64,000 bases of DNA. Origin: Bacteroidales bacterium (GTDB taxonomy: Bacteria; Bacteroidota; Bacteroidia; Bacteroidales; ML635J-15). Below the pieces are notes generated by a model, which saw only the letters and a program-made list of their open reading frames with translations, did no database searches and was not told the DNA's origin. Location: positions 6,265 to 70,264 of the forward strand of contig JAFGVU010000047.1 of assembly GCA_016937855.1 (NCBI GenBank), given 5' to 3'. This document shows positions 54,333 through 62,953 of the stretch, piece after piece (position 1 is the stretch's first letter; each line of letters begins with the position of its first letter). The position numbers were made by a program, and so were the translations under genes.

Positions 54333-56780
54333 CTAATTTTTAATAATTTTTTTAATCCAAACATCTTTACCATAAACTATCCGAATGGAATAAAAGCCGC
54401 TATCAAAATCACCAATATCAACAAAAACATTCATATAATCAGAATACATTTTTTGAAATATAGTTTGTCCATACACATTACAGACGTAAATAAATACATT
54501 TTGGTCGGTTGGATTCTTGATTTTTACAACAAAATTCCCTGTTGTGGGATTTGGAAATACTTCTACCTCGTTAAAGTCATTATAAACTTGATATATGTCA
54601 GTTGTAATATCAAATTTTTGAGTATCAGAAATACCATTATTATCAGTAACTTTAACTAAAACAGGGTAATTTACTAAGTCTCCTAAAGTCCCATACAAAA
54701 CCCCACTTTGATTAACTCCTAATCCTGCAGGAATAGGATAAGGTTTAAGCGTGATTAAAGAATTGGCAGGAGGAATTTCATCTAACCATGCAAAAATATT
54801 ATCTGATTGGTTCCCATAACTTATGCCACTAATATTTGTGTAAATAGTTTTTAGATAAATAGATCCATATACAAATTCAACTGTGCCATCAGAAATAAGA
54901 TTACAACCAAAATCAGCTGTTGTCCATGGTTCCGACCACTTATCAGAGCATTGCCACCGAATTTTAACGGTATCTTGAACGTATTCATACCAAATTCCAT
55001 CACCGGTTTCAAAATCGCACACCATTGAGTACCGAGCAAAAGGCGCTATAATACTTTCATTAATAAACATTGGTTGTTGTATATACTTAAACTGTGTCCA
55101 AACATTTGTGGATGAAAGAGGCAAGATATAACCGTCTGAATGAATTTTTATTTCATTGGTTGTGGTATAACCAAAAGGAAAGTCAAATGGCAAACTAAGA
55201 GTTACCGCATCGTCAAAATCCTCATTGGGAGTTAGTTTTGTTCCTTCAAATTCAACAAAAGATCTGCTTGAATTTATTTTATCAAAGTATGGTAACAATT
55301 CCCATTTATGAGGGGTTGTACCTGATTGGTATTCTATCTCTTTCCATATAGGCGCACCCGAACTTAAAACCGGCAAATCTTCTGTCAATATCTTTGGGGT
55401 ATATAAATCATTTAATGTTGCATCGACACTAATAACAGTTTTGGAGTGATTAACAATATCTGTAACATTAATATATTCAAATCCATTAGGAGTAGTTCCA
55501 GTATAATCAATCACTTCAAACTCTAAAATCTCGCCATTATATATATTATTTTCATCAGACTCATCAACAACCAAAAAGATTTTTGCTTTATTCTCAGAGT
55601 TAAAGTATTGCAATAAAGGTGTAATATCTAATCCTACTTCCAAAGTTTTGTCTGCTTCGGTTCCACCACCTTGCATATACTTGTTTCCGCCTTGATAGTT
55701 TAGAATTGGAAAATCGATAATGTGCTCCCAAGTTTCAGCTTCTAAATCTCCACTAACAGCAACTTTTACTTTAATTCTCTCGCGCGAAGTATGCTTAATT
55801 TTCACTCTTGCAGTTAGCAGTGGAGTATAATCAATAGTTGGTTGAATTATGTGCACATAATTATTCAGGATACCTCCGGTTGGATATTCATCAGCCATAC
55901 ATTTGTACATTATCCAACAAAAGCCATCGCCTTGCCAGGTTGGGCCAAAACTCTCGGCAAGTTTGAAAGCTCCTTTTTCCCAGTCTCTCACATCTATTTG
56001 TCCGTCAGCGTTGAGGTCAATATCGTTAGTATATTGTCCATCACCATTATAATCAAAGCAAGCATTATCATCATACCCCACAATTGTTCGAGCATGTAAA
56101 GCATCATCTCCACATTTTGTTATAACATAAGCACCTTCTTGAGATGTTCCATTAGCAAAAAATGTAGCGCCTCCTGCTGCGATATTTGCTAAAAATGTTC
56201 CGGTTCCACCATAATATCCGGATCCAAAATTATCATAAATCCAAGATTTTAAAGTTGTTATTCCTGAAGACGAATTAGTCCTGATACGGTAATAGTTTTT
56301 TATTCTATTATGCATTAGTTCATAATAATTGTCATATCCCGAAAGCCATAACGAGGAGTCACGAATTATATCAGCTTGATTATTTGAAAATTTAGGAACT
56401 CCAAGCTGCTTCATCATCTCCATAGAAATGATATAATTATCGCCAAACCACCCATTGCCACCATTACCCCAATTCCAAGGAAAATATATTGAAAACTGAT
56501 TTTCAGGCGAATCAGAACTAATATTTTTCATTTTATTTGTCTCAAAAGTCATCATATAATATGATGCTGCGACCTGATTACAAGCCCAATGAGTTTGTGA
56601 ATATAAGGGTGGAAAAAAATCAGATCCTGACAAATCAAAACCTGTAGGCAAGAGCTTTTCGTATTTAGCAACAGCTTCGTCGGTTAATCTGATATAATCA
56701 CCTTCGATTACATAATTCTGTTGAGAAAAAGACAAAGTCACGCAGAGCAAAAATCCAAAAACAAATCCTATTTTTTTCAT
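54333..56780 (-). CDS. Paralogous T9SS type-A-CTD papain-fold cysteine peptidase
   Basis: YSQTHWACNQVAAS, HARTIVGYDD, a near-identical insert YNGDGQYTNDIDLNADGQIDVRDWE, and the CTD VFPNPTTGNFVVKI...GFYSIRIV...IIKN. I prefer the ATG at 56780 (MKKIGFVFGFLLCVTLSFSQ). Confidence 0.8.
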   Translation of the reverse strand: MKKIGFVFGFLLCVTLSFSQQNYVIEGDYIRLTDEAVAKYEKLLPTGFDLSGSDFFPPLYSQTHWACNQVAASYYMMTFETNKMKNISSDSPENQFSIYFPWNWGNGGNGWFGDNYIISMEMMKQLGVPKFSNNQADIIRDSSLWLSGYDNYYELMHNRIKNYYRIRTNSSSGITTLKSWIYDNFGSGYYGGTGTFLANIAAGGATFFANGTSQEGAYVITKCGDDALHARTIVGYDDNACFDYNGDGQYTNDIDLNADGQIDVRDWEKGAFKLAESFGPTWQGDGFCWIMYKCMADEYPTGGILNNYVHIIQPTIDYTPLLTARVKIKHTSRERIKVKVAVSGDLEAETWEHIIDFPILNYQGGNKYMQGGGTEADKTLEVGLDITPLLQYFNSENKAKIFLVVDESDENNIYNGEILEFEVIDYTGTTPNGFEYINVTDIVNHSKTVISVDATLNDLYTPKILTEDLPVLSSGAPIWKEIEYQSGTTPHKWELLPYFDKINSSRSFVEFEGTKLTPNEDFDDAVTLSLPFDFPFGYTTTNEIKIHSDGYILPLSSTNVWTQFKYIQQPMFINESIIAPFARYSMVCDFETGDGIWYEYVQDTVKIRWQCSDKWSEPWTTADFGCNLISDGTVEFVYGSIYLKTIYTNISGISYGNQSDNIFAWLDEIPPANSLITLKPYPIPAGLGVNQSGVLYGTLGDLVNYPVLVKVTDNNGISDTQKFDITTDIYQVYNDFNEVEVFPNPTTGNFVVKIKNPTDQNVFIYVCNVYGQTIFQKMYSDYMNVFVDIGDFDSGFYSIRIVYGKDVWIKKIIKN

Positions 56781-56831
56781 CTTAAAAAAATTAATAACAC
56801 AAGAAAAATCTCTAAACAATTCAAATCAAAC

Positions 56832-56963
56832 CAAAATTGCAAGTTCCTTGAAAATTTAACTATACCTTTCTTTTTCCAACGCGCCCCTGCGTCCCTGAAG
56901 GGAGGCCTGCGCGCTCATCAACGTTCAAATTTTTGAGTTTCTCGAAAATTTACCTATACTTTT
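56832..56963. repeat. Imperfect 38-nt direct repeat (56832..56869 and 56926..56963) bracketing a GC-rich 35-nt element
   Basis: Hand alignment gives 30/38 identical positions, including GAAAATTTA(A/C)CTATAC. The second copy contains the 22-nt motif also found at 54306..54327. Confidence 0.6.
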
Positions 56964-57002
56964 TTTTTTTTGCAAGATAACGATTATTTACTTCATTTAT
57001 CA

Positions 57003-57010
57003 TAATTTTG
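57003..57010 (+). promoter_or_regulatory. Candidate -7 box for uvrB
   Basis: TAATTTTG lies 25 nt upstream of the ATG at 57036. Confidence 0.3.
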
Positions 57011-57035
57011 TGAAATATAATACAACAAGAAAGAG

Positions 57036-59045
57036 ATGGACTACAATCTGATATCAGAGTATAAACCAACAGGTGATCAGCCCCAAGCAATACAAGATCT
57101 CACAAACGGGATTTTACAAGGACTAAGGCATCAAACTTTATTAGGTGTTACTGGAAGCGGAAAAACTTTCACAATTGCCAATGTAATTAGAAATATTGGA
57201 CGCCCTGTATTGGTTTTGAGTCACAATAAAACACTTGCAGCACAGTTATATTCAGAATTTAAAGAGTTTTTTCCGCAAAATGCTGTTGAATATTTTGTAT
57301 CTTACTATGATTATTACCAACCCGAAGCGTATTTACCTATCACAGATACTTATATAGAAAAGGATTTATCAATAAATGATGAGATTGAGAAACTTAGGCT
57401 TAGCACCTCTAGCGCACTTCTTTCGGGACGTCGAGATATCATTGTAGTAAGCTCTGTCTCATGCATTTATGGTATTGGTAATCCTGACGATTTTCATGCA
57501 AACACGCTAGAAATACATCGTGAACAGAATTATGGAAGAGATATTTTGCTTCGACATTTGGTTGACTCGCTCTATTTTCGATCTGATATTGATTTTAAAA
57601 GAGGTAGTTTTAGAGTAAAAGGAGATACTGTTGATGTTTTTCTTGCCTACCATGATATTGCAATCAGAATTATTTTTTGGGATGATGAAATTGAAGAGAT
57701 TTACTCATTTGAACCTTATTCCGGTGATAAAATTGAACAATTAGAATCTGCAAAAATTTATCCGGCAAATATATTTGTTACTACAAAAGAACGAATTAAG
57801 GAAGCTATAATAGAGATTCAGGACGACATGATGGCTCAGGTTGAATACTTTAAGAGTATTGGTAAACCACTTGAAGCAAAAAGACTAAAAGAAAGGGTTA
57901 CTTTTGATTTAGAAATGATTAGAGAACTTGGACATTGCTCAGGTATTGAAAACTATTCTAGGTATTTTGATGGTAGAAAACCCGGCACTCGTCCTTTTTG
58001 CCTTATTGACTATTTCCCTGATGATTTTATTACAATTATTGATGAAAGTCATGTTACCATCCCCCAAATCGGTGCGATGTATGGAGGAGATAGATCTAGA
58101 AAAGAAAATCTTGTAAATTTTGGGTTTAGATTACCTGCTGCAATTGATAATAGACCATTAAAATTTGACGAGTTCGAAAATCTAATGAATCAAACAATTT
58201 ATGTAAGTGCAACTCCTGCAGATTATGAATTGCAGAAGTCAGAGGGTATTATTGTGGAACAAGTCATAAGGCCCACAGGCTTAATTGACCCTGTTATAGA
58301 AATCAGACCATCCGAAAATCAAATTGATGACTTAATGCATGAAATTAACATCAGAGCAGATAAGGATGAAAGAGTCTTGGTTACAACTTTAACAAAGCGA
58401 ATGGCAGAAGAACTCACGAAATATTTAAGTAAATATCAGGTAAGATGCAGATACATACACTCCGAAGTGGACACTTTGGAAAGAGTACAAATTTTATCGG
58501 ATTTAAGATCAGGTTTGTTTGATGTATTAGTGGGAGTAAACCTATTGCGAGAAGGACTCGATTTGCCCGAAGTCTCCCTTGTCGCCATTATTGATGCAGA
58601 CAAAGAAGGTTTTTTGCGTTCGGAAAGGTCACTAACACAAACTGCCGGTCGTGCAGCAAGACATTTATCTGGAAAAGTTATTATGTATGCTGATAAAATA
58701 ACAGGTTCAATGCAAAGAACGATTGATGAGACGAACAGAAGACGTATAAAACAGATTACATACAATGAGGATAACAACATTACTCCTACACAAATAATTA
58801 AAGCACAACGACAAACTATCGGACATAAAACTCCTGCAAATCCAAAAGATTACACAATTGAAACAGAAATGAGAATTGCTGCCGATCCTGTCATTAAATA
58901 TATGGATGCTAAAGCTCTCGAAAAAGCTCTAAAAAACACAAAAAAACAAATGGAAGCAGCTGCATCGAAGCTCGATTTTGTCGAAGCAGCAAGGTATAGA
59001 GACGAAATGTACGCTCTTGAAAAACTGTTGAAAACTAAACAATAA
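57036..59045 (+). CDS. uvrB: Excinuclease ABC subunit B
   Basis: Walker A GVTGSGKTFT, YYDYYQPEAY, helicase motifs and a C-terminal UVR domain LDFVEAARYRDEMYALE. Confidence 0.97.
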   Translation: MDYNLISEYKPTGDQPQAIQDLTNGILQGLRHQTLLGVTGSGKTFTIANVIRNIGRPVLVLSHNKTLAAQLYSEFKEFFPQNAVEYFVSYYDYYQPEAYLPITDTYIEKDLSINDEIEKLRLSTSSALLSGRRDIIVVSSVSCIYGIGNPDDFHANTLEIHREQNYGRDILLRHLVDSLYFRSDIDFKRGSFRVKGDTVDVFLAYHDIAIRIIFWDDEIEEIYSFEPYSGDKIEQLESAKIYPANIFVTTKERIKEAIIEIQDDMMAQVEYFKSIGKPLEAKRLKERVTFDLEMIRELGHCSGIENYSRYFDGRKPGTRPFCLIDYFPDDFITIIDESHVTIPQIGAMYGGDRSRKENLVNFGFRLPAAIDNRPLKFDEFENLMNQTIYVSATPADYELQKSEGIIVEQVIRPTGLIDPVIEIRPSENQIDDLMHEINIRADKDERVLVTTLTKRMAEELTKYLSKYQVRCRYIHSEVDTLERVQILSDLRSGLFDVLVGVNLLREGLDLPEVSLVAIIDADKEGFLRSERSLTQTAGRAARHLSGKVIMYADKITGSMQRTIDETNRRRIKQITYNEDNNITPTQIIKAQRQTIGHKTPANPKDYTIETEMRIAADPVIKYMDAKALEKALKNTKKQMEAAASKLDFVEAARYRDEMYALEKLLKTKQ

Positions 59046-59146
59046 GTGTTGAAACAAATTGACCAAAAAAACTTGTTTAAAAACTATTTTACTATACCTT
59101 CGACGAATCAAATAATTATATTTTATAAAACAAAAACCAAATAATT

Positions 59147-60682
59147 ATGAATCCACTTATTATCACAGGAAATGACCTAAAAATTGAAAACGTGGTTGAA
59201 GTAGCACGTTATGGCAGAAAAGTTGAACTAGCTCCCGAAGCTCTCGAAAGAATTAAAGTTTGCCGAGCGATGCTTGAAAGAAAAATTGAAGCCAACGAAA
59301 TAATGTACGGTGTTAACACCGGCATAGGTGAATTTTCAGAGGTTGTTCTTGATGACGATCAAGTAAAAGAGTTTCAAAAATACTTGGTTTATAATCATGC
59401 TGCCGGAATTGGCGATCCTGCACCAATCGAATACATTCGGGGTGCAATGTTGGGTCGTATAAATGTTCATGCCCATGGGAATAGCGGAATACGACCTATA
59501 ATAACACAAACATTAGTTGAGATGCTCAACAAGGGCGTTACTCCTTTCGTATGTCAAAAAGGTTCGGTTGGTGCAAGTGGTGACCTAGCTCCTATGTCTC
59601 AAATTGCTTTATTATTAATGGGCGAAGGAAAAGCATATTTTAATGGCGAATTGCTTGATGGAAAAGAAGCTATGGACAAAGCCGAAATAGAAATTCCGGG
59701 GCTAAAAGCTCGCGACGGTTTAGGAACTATAAATGGCTCAAACGTTCTTACTGCAATGAGTGCCATTTTTCTTGTTGATGCAAACAATTGGTTAAAACAA
59801 GCCGAAATTGCAGCTGCTATGTCACTAGAGGCTCTTAGAGCAAATATGAAACCTTATACTGCCTTACTACATGAAGTTAGAGGTTTTAAAGGAGCCATCA
59901 GATCTGCTAAAGCAATTGAAAAATGTGTAACCGGCGGTGACCTCAAAGAAGGTAGAGTTAAGTGCAAAGTTCAGGATGCCTACTCGATGCGTTCAACTCC
60001 TCAGGTAATTGGTGCGGCACACGATGCTCTTGCTTATGCAAAATCACAAGTAGAAATCGAACTTAACGGAGTAGGCGACAATCCTATTTTCTTCCCGGAC
60101 AAAGACCTGGCTCTTTCAGGTGCAAACTTTCAGGGAACTCCGGTTTCTGTACCGATGGATATGGCAGGATACGTTATTACCATGGTTTCTGTTTTATCGG
60201 AAAGAAGGCTTAACAGACTTAACAATCCTGCTTTGAGTGTCGGACTTCCGGCATTCTTAACCAAAGGTGCCGGTATGTTCTCAGGCTTAATGCTTAGCCA
60301 ATATACCGCCGATATGCAAATTGTTGAACAAAAACTATTATCTGCTCCGGCTAGCATTCAATCAATTCCTGCTGCTGCAGATCAAGAAGATTTTGTCTCG
60401 ATGGGGATGAATACTGCAATTAAAAATTTCCAAATATTAGATAATGCTTATGGTATCTTAGGAATTGAATTTATGGCTGCTGCACAAGCTCTCGATTTTA
60501 GAAAAGAAGAAATAGACAATTTTGGAAAAGGGACTACAAAAGCTTGGCAAACTGTTCGTAAACATGTCGATTTTCTCGATATTGATCGTCCGTTATATCC
60601 TGATCACACAAAAATGAAAGAAGTTGTGAAGTCTTGCGAAATTCTAAATGAAGTTGAGGCTGAAATTGGTAGCCTAGAGTAA
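59147..60682 (+). CDS. hutH: Histidine ammonia-lyase-type MIO enzyme
   Basis: MIO-forming triad in GSVGASGDLAPMS, plus YGVNTGIGEFS. The NH dipeptide in YLVYNHAAGIG resembles the HAL SH selectivity position. Confidence 0.8.
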   Translation: MNPLIITGNDLKIENVVEVARYGRKVELAPEALERIKVCRAMLERKIEANEIMYGVNTGIGEFSEVVLDDDQVKEFQKYLVYNHAAGIGDPAPIEYIRGAMLGRINVHAHGNSGIRPIITQTLVEMLNKGVTPFVCQKGSVGASGDLAPMSQIALLLMGEGKAYFNGELLDGKEAMDKAEIEIPGLKARDGLGTINGSNVLTAMSAIFLVDANNWLKQAEIAAAMSLEALRANMKPYTALLHEVRGFKGAIRSAKAIEKCVTGGDLKEGRVKCKVQDAYSMRSTPQVIGAAHDALAYAKSQVEIELNGVGDNPIFFPDKDLALSGANFQGTPVSVPMDMAGYVITMVSVLSERRLNRLNNPALSVGLPAFLTKGAGMFSGLMLSQYTADMQIVEQKLLSAPASIQSIPAAADQEDFVSMGMNTAIKNFQILDNAYGILGIEFMAAAQALDFRKEEIDNFGKGTTKAWQTVRKHVDFLDIDRPLYPDHTKMKEVVKSCEILNEVEAEIGSLE

Positions 60683-60707
60683 AATTAGACTCAGATCATA
60701 AAAAAAT

Positions 60708-60743
60708 TGGCCCAGTGAAAAAAATACGCTGAGCCATTTTTTT
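60708..60743 (+). terminator. Rho-independent terminator after hutH
   Basis: TGGCCCAG-(13 nt)-CTGAGCCA (one mismatch) followed by TTTTTTT. Confidence 0.65.
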
Positions 60744-60797
60744 ATCCAATATCTTTTATTTATAGTAATTGTTTAGGTGGATACAAATAAGTTGACT

Positions 60798-60878
60798 TAC
60801 CAATATATTGTCCCTACGGGACAAGTGGAAAGGTATGAGACTTTATACCGATATATTGTCCCTACGGGACAAGTGGAA
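60798..60878. repeat. Two tandem copies of a 33-nt hairpin-containing element (period 48 nt)
   Basis: TACC(A/G)ATATATTGTCCCTACGGGACAAGTGGAA at 60798..60830 and 60846..60878, with 1 mismatch. Each copy contains a 7-bp stem TTGTCCC/GGGACAA with loop TAC. Confidence 0.85.
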
Positions 60879-60987
60879 CAGTTCTTAATTTTCGTTACAG
60901 AGATGTTGTTTACTTCTACTTAGCCTCCTTGTTATTGCAAAAACGCATTCCAAAATGCTCATAATCTTTCCATAACCTAAATAATTA

Positions 60988-61887
60988 CTATTTATCAACA
61001 ATATAAATCTCAACTCTCCTATTCAAATCTTCTTCTCTTGCTGAGCGCTCTTCGGGAAATCGTTTAAATTTAGATCCAAAACCAATATAAGACATACGTT
61101 TCGCATCTATTCCGCCCTCAATTAAGTAATCATAAACGGCTTTTGCTCGGTTTGAACTTAATTCATAGTTTTGATTTATACGGTCATATCCATCCAAATC
61201 GTCATCCTGACAACAAATATGCCCTTGAATTTCTATTTTTAAATCAGGATGTTGTTGCATTGCAAGTAATAATTGCTTTAGTGCCATCTCAGATTCCGGC
61301 TTAAAAAGTGGCGTTCCGCCCTGAAAGAGGATATTATCCAAAACAATATTTTCACCAACAACTAAATTCTCGTCACTTAAGTTTGCAAAAATTGGAATCA
61401 CTTCCGGTTGTTCTACAACTGTAACGCTGTCTGAAGTAGTCTCAATAATGACAGCCATCTTTTCTGTCTGGATCTCCTTATATTCGTACTCTAGTTTTGT
61501 TACTCTGTGCTGCAATATCCCTCTATCATCAGGATTTCGACGATTTTCATTTGAACTAAAAGGATGAATTCCCATCCCCTTACACTCCGTAATTAATTCG
61601 GGTTTAACTCCTTGAGATATCAAATAGGTTCTAACTTGATTTGCCCTTCTTTGTGATAAATATTTATTGTGTGATACCGTGCCAAGAAAATCGGTATATG
61701 AATAAATTTTTATATTAACTATATCCTTTTTTGCAATATTACGAATTTCGTTTTTCCACTCTCCCTCGAGGCCTGCTGAATCTATACTATAATAAATCTT
61801 TAGAGTATCTGTCAACTGCGAGAAACCGGCACTTACAGAAAAAAGAAATAAAATAAAAACGAATAATTTTGACATACGCATAAACAT
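60988..61887 (-). CDS. OmpA-family protein with two OmpA_C-like domains
   Basis: YSYTDFLGTVSHNKYLSQRRANQVRTYL and IQGHICCQDD...NYELSSNRAKAVYDYL...NRRVEIYIV. Three in-frame ATGs lie at 61887, 61881 and 61875. Confidence 0.8.
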   Translation of the reverse strand: MFMRMSKLFVFILFLFSVSAGFSQLTDTLKIYYSIDSAGLEGEWKNEIRNIAKKDIVNIKIYSYTDFLGTVSHNKYLSQRRANQVRTYLISQGVKPELITECKGMGIHPFSSNENRRNPDDRGILQHRVTKLEYEYKEIQTEKMAVIIETTSDSVTVVEQPEVIPIFANLSDENLVVGENIVLDNILFQGGTPLFKPESEMALKQLLLAMQQHPDLKIEIQGHICCQDDDLDGYDRINQNYELSSNRAKAVYDYLIEGGIDAKRMSYIGFGSKFKRFPEERSAREEDLNRRVEIYIVDK

Positions 61888-61962
61888 TACAAATTGATTT
61901 AGTTTATAACTGTAAAGTTGGGGATTTTATTTTATTTATTCAACAAAACAAAAATTTATTTT

Positions 61963-61970
61963 TACTTTTG
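61963..61970 (+). promoter_or_regulatory. Candidate -7 box for the tRNA gene
   Basis: TACTTTTG ends 11 nt before tRNA position 1. Confidence 0.3.
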
Positions 61971-61981
61971 CACAAATATTT

Positions 61982-62053
61982 GGTCCCATAGTTCAACGGA
62001 TAGAATAGCAGTTTCCTAAACTGTAGATCCAAGTTCGATTCTTGGTGGGATCA
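61982..62053 (+). tRNA. tRNA-Arg (anticodon CCT)
   Basis: Folded by hand. Acceptor stem GGTCCCA/TGGGATC (one G-U), D arm GTTC-AACGGATA-GAAT, anticodon arm GCAGT-TTCCTAA-ACTGT, T arm CCAAG-TTCGATT-CTTGG, discriminator A. CCA is not encoded. Confidence 0.9.
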
Positions 62054-62060
62054 CACACAC

Positions 62061-62093
62061 AAAAAAAAGCGAATCAGAGACTTCTAATTCGCT
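62061..62093 (-). terminator. Rho-independent terminator after the 228-aa lipoprotein gene; it may also stop the tRNA transcript
   Basis: 7-bp stem AGCGAAT/ATTCGCT with a 12-nt loop, followed by TTTTTTT on the minus strand. Confidence 0.65.
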
Positions 62094-62149
62094 TTCTATA
62101 TTTTAATTAAGATTCGAAACCAGGTAAAGTTTCTTATTTAAGCTGAAAA

Positions 62150-62836
62150 TTACTCAACTTCATAACCGATATACATAATTTCCAATCCCAATTTAATTGC
62201 TGACTCATTTTCACTTGAAAATTCTCTATCACCTATTATATCATAATACTCATCAGGCCAACTTTCTGCGGCATCACCTTCCGGCCATCCAACATAAATT
62301 CTATAACCATCAAACTTTTCGTTTAGATTAGTTACATATCCGCCATAATCCCAAGACAAACCATAAAATGTAAATTCTTTACCATTTGCTTCTTCTATTT
62401 CTGGCAAAGTTGATCCTAATTTCACACCTGCTTCAATAGGCAAAACAATTCCGCCATCATCTGCTAAATCACCCGTGCTAGTATAAAATGAATAACTGTT
62501 TTGAATGGATGCGATTTCCTCACAAGACTCATCCTTCCATGAAATTACAAGACTGTTTTTATTATTTGGATAAACAACAGTTACCCAACTTGTAACCGTA
62601 CCCTCTTCGTAAGTGTATTGAGTTTTTTCAACATTTTCTTCTCCAAAATACTTAACAATTTGATCATGATTTTCGAAATTCAACACATCCTCTAAGGTTT
62701 TGATTTCTAACTTCGTAGTTTCTTCAGTAGTTTTCTCTTCATCTTTGTTTTCGTCAACCTCCTGAGTTGAATTATTACAGGAGAAAAAAACAAAAATCAT
62801 TGAAAACATTGCCAAGGAATAAAATAATTTTTTCAT
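62150..62836 (-). CDS. Hypothetical lipoprotein
   Basis: Signal peptide with lipobox FFSC and an acidic low-complexity linker. No recognisable family. Confidence 0.65.
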   Translation of the reverse strand: MKKLFYSLAMFSMIFVFFSCNNSTQEVDENKDEEKTTEETTKLEIKTLEDVLNFENHDQIVKYFGEENVEKTQYTYEEGTVTSWVTVVYPNNKNSLVISWKDESCEEIASIQNSYSFYTSTGDLADDGGIVLPIEAGVKLGSTLPEIEEANGKEFTFYGLSWDYGGYVTNLNEKFDGYRIYVGWPEGDAAESWPDEYYDIIGDREFSSENESAIKLGLEIMYIGYEVE

Positions 62837-62953
62837 ATCAATATAAGTTTTAGTAATAAATTTATCTTCTCAAAAATATAACAAAAAAAAACATCCACAA
62901 AAGAAATCCCACAATTCTTTTGCAGATGTTGTAATGAAAAGCCGGACGAAAGG

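Noticed and set aside
54312-54659. Plus-strand 115-aa ORF spanning the junction of the two peptidase genes.
   Set aside because: It is antisense to the 3' CTD-coding end of the 828-aa gene and to the upstream region of the other gene. Its composition is Ile/Asn/Lys-rich junk.
56721-56936. Plus-strand 71-aa ORF covering the GC-rich element.
   Set aside because: It starts antisense inside the signal-peptide region of the peptidase gene and has no ribosome-binding or promoter context. The GC-rich patch is better explained as a non-coding element.
60798-60878. Possible minimal CRISPR array (direct repeats with a hairpin).
   Set aside because: There are only two repeats, the spacer is just 15 nt, and no cas genes or leader occur anywhere in the window.
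61982-62053. The tRNA-Arg gene as an integration site for a genomic island.
   Set aside because: No integrase, no direct repeat of the tRNA 3' end and no compositional break is visible within about 2 kb on either side.
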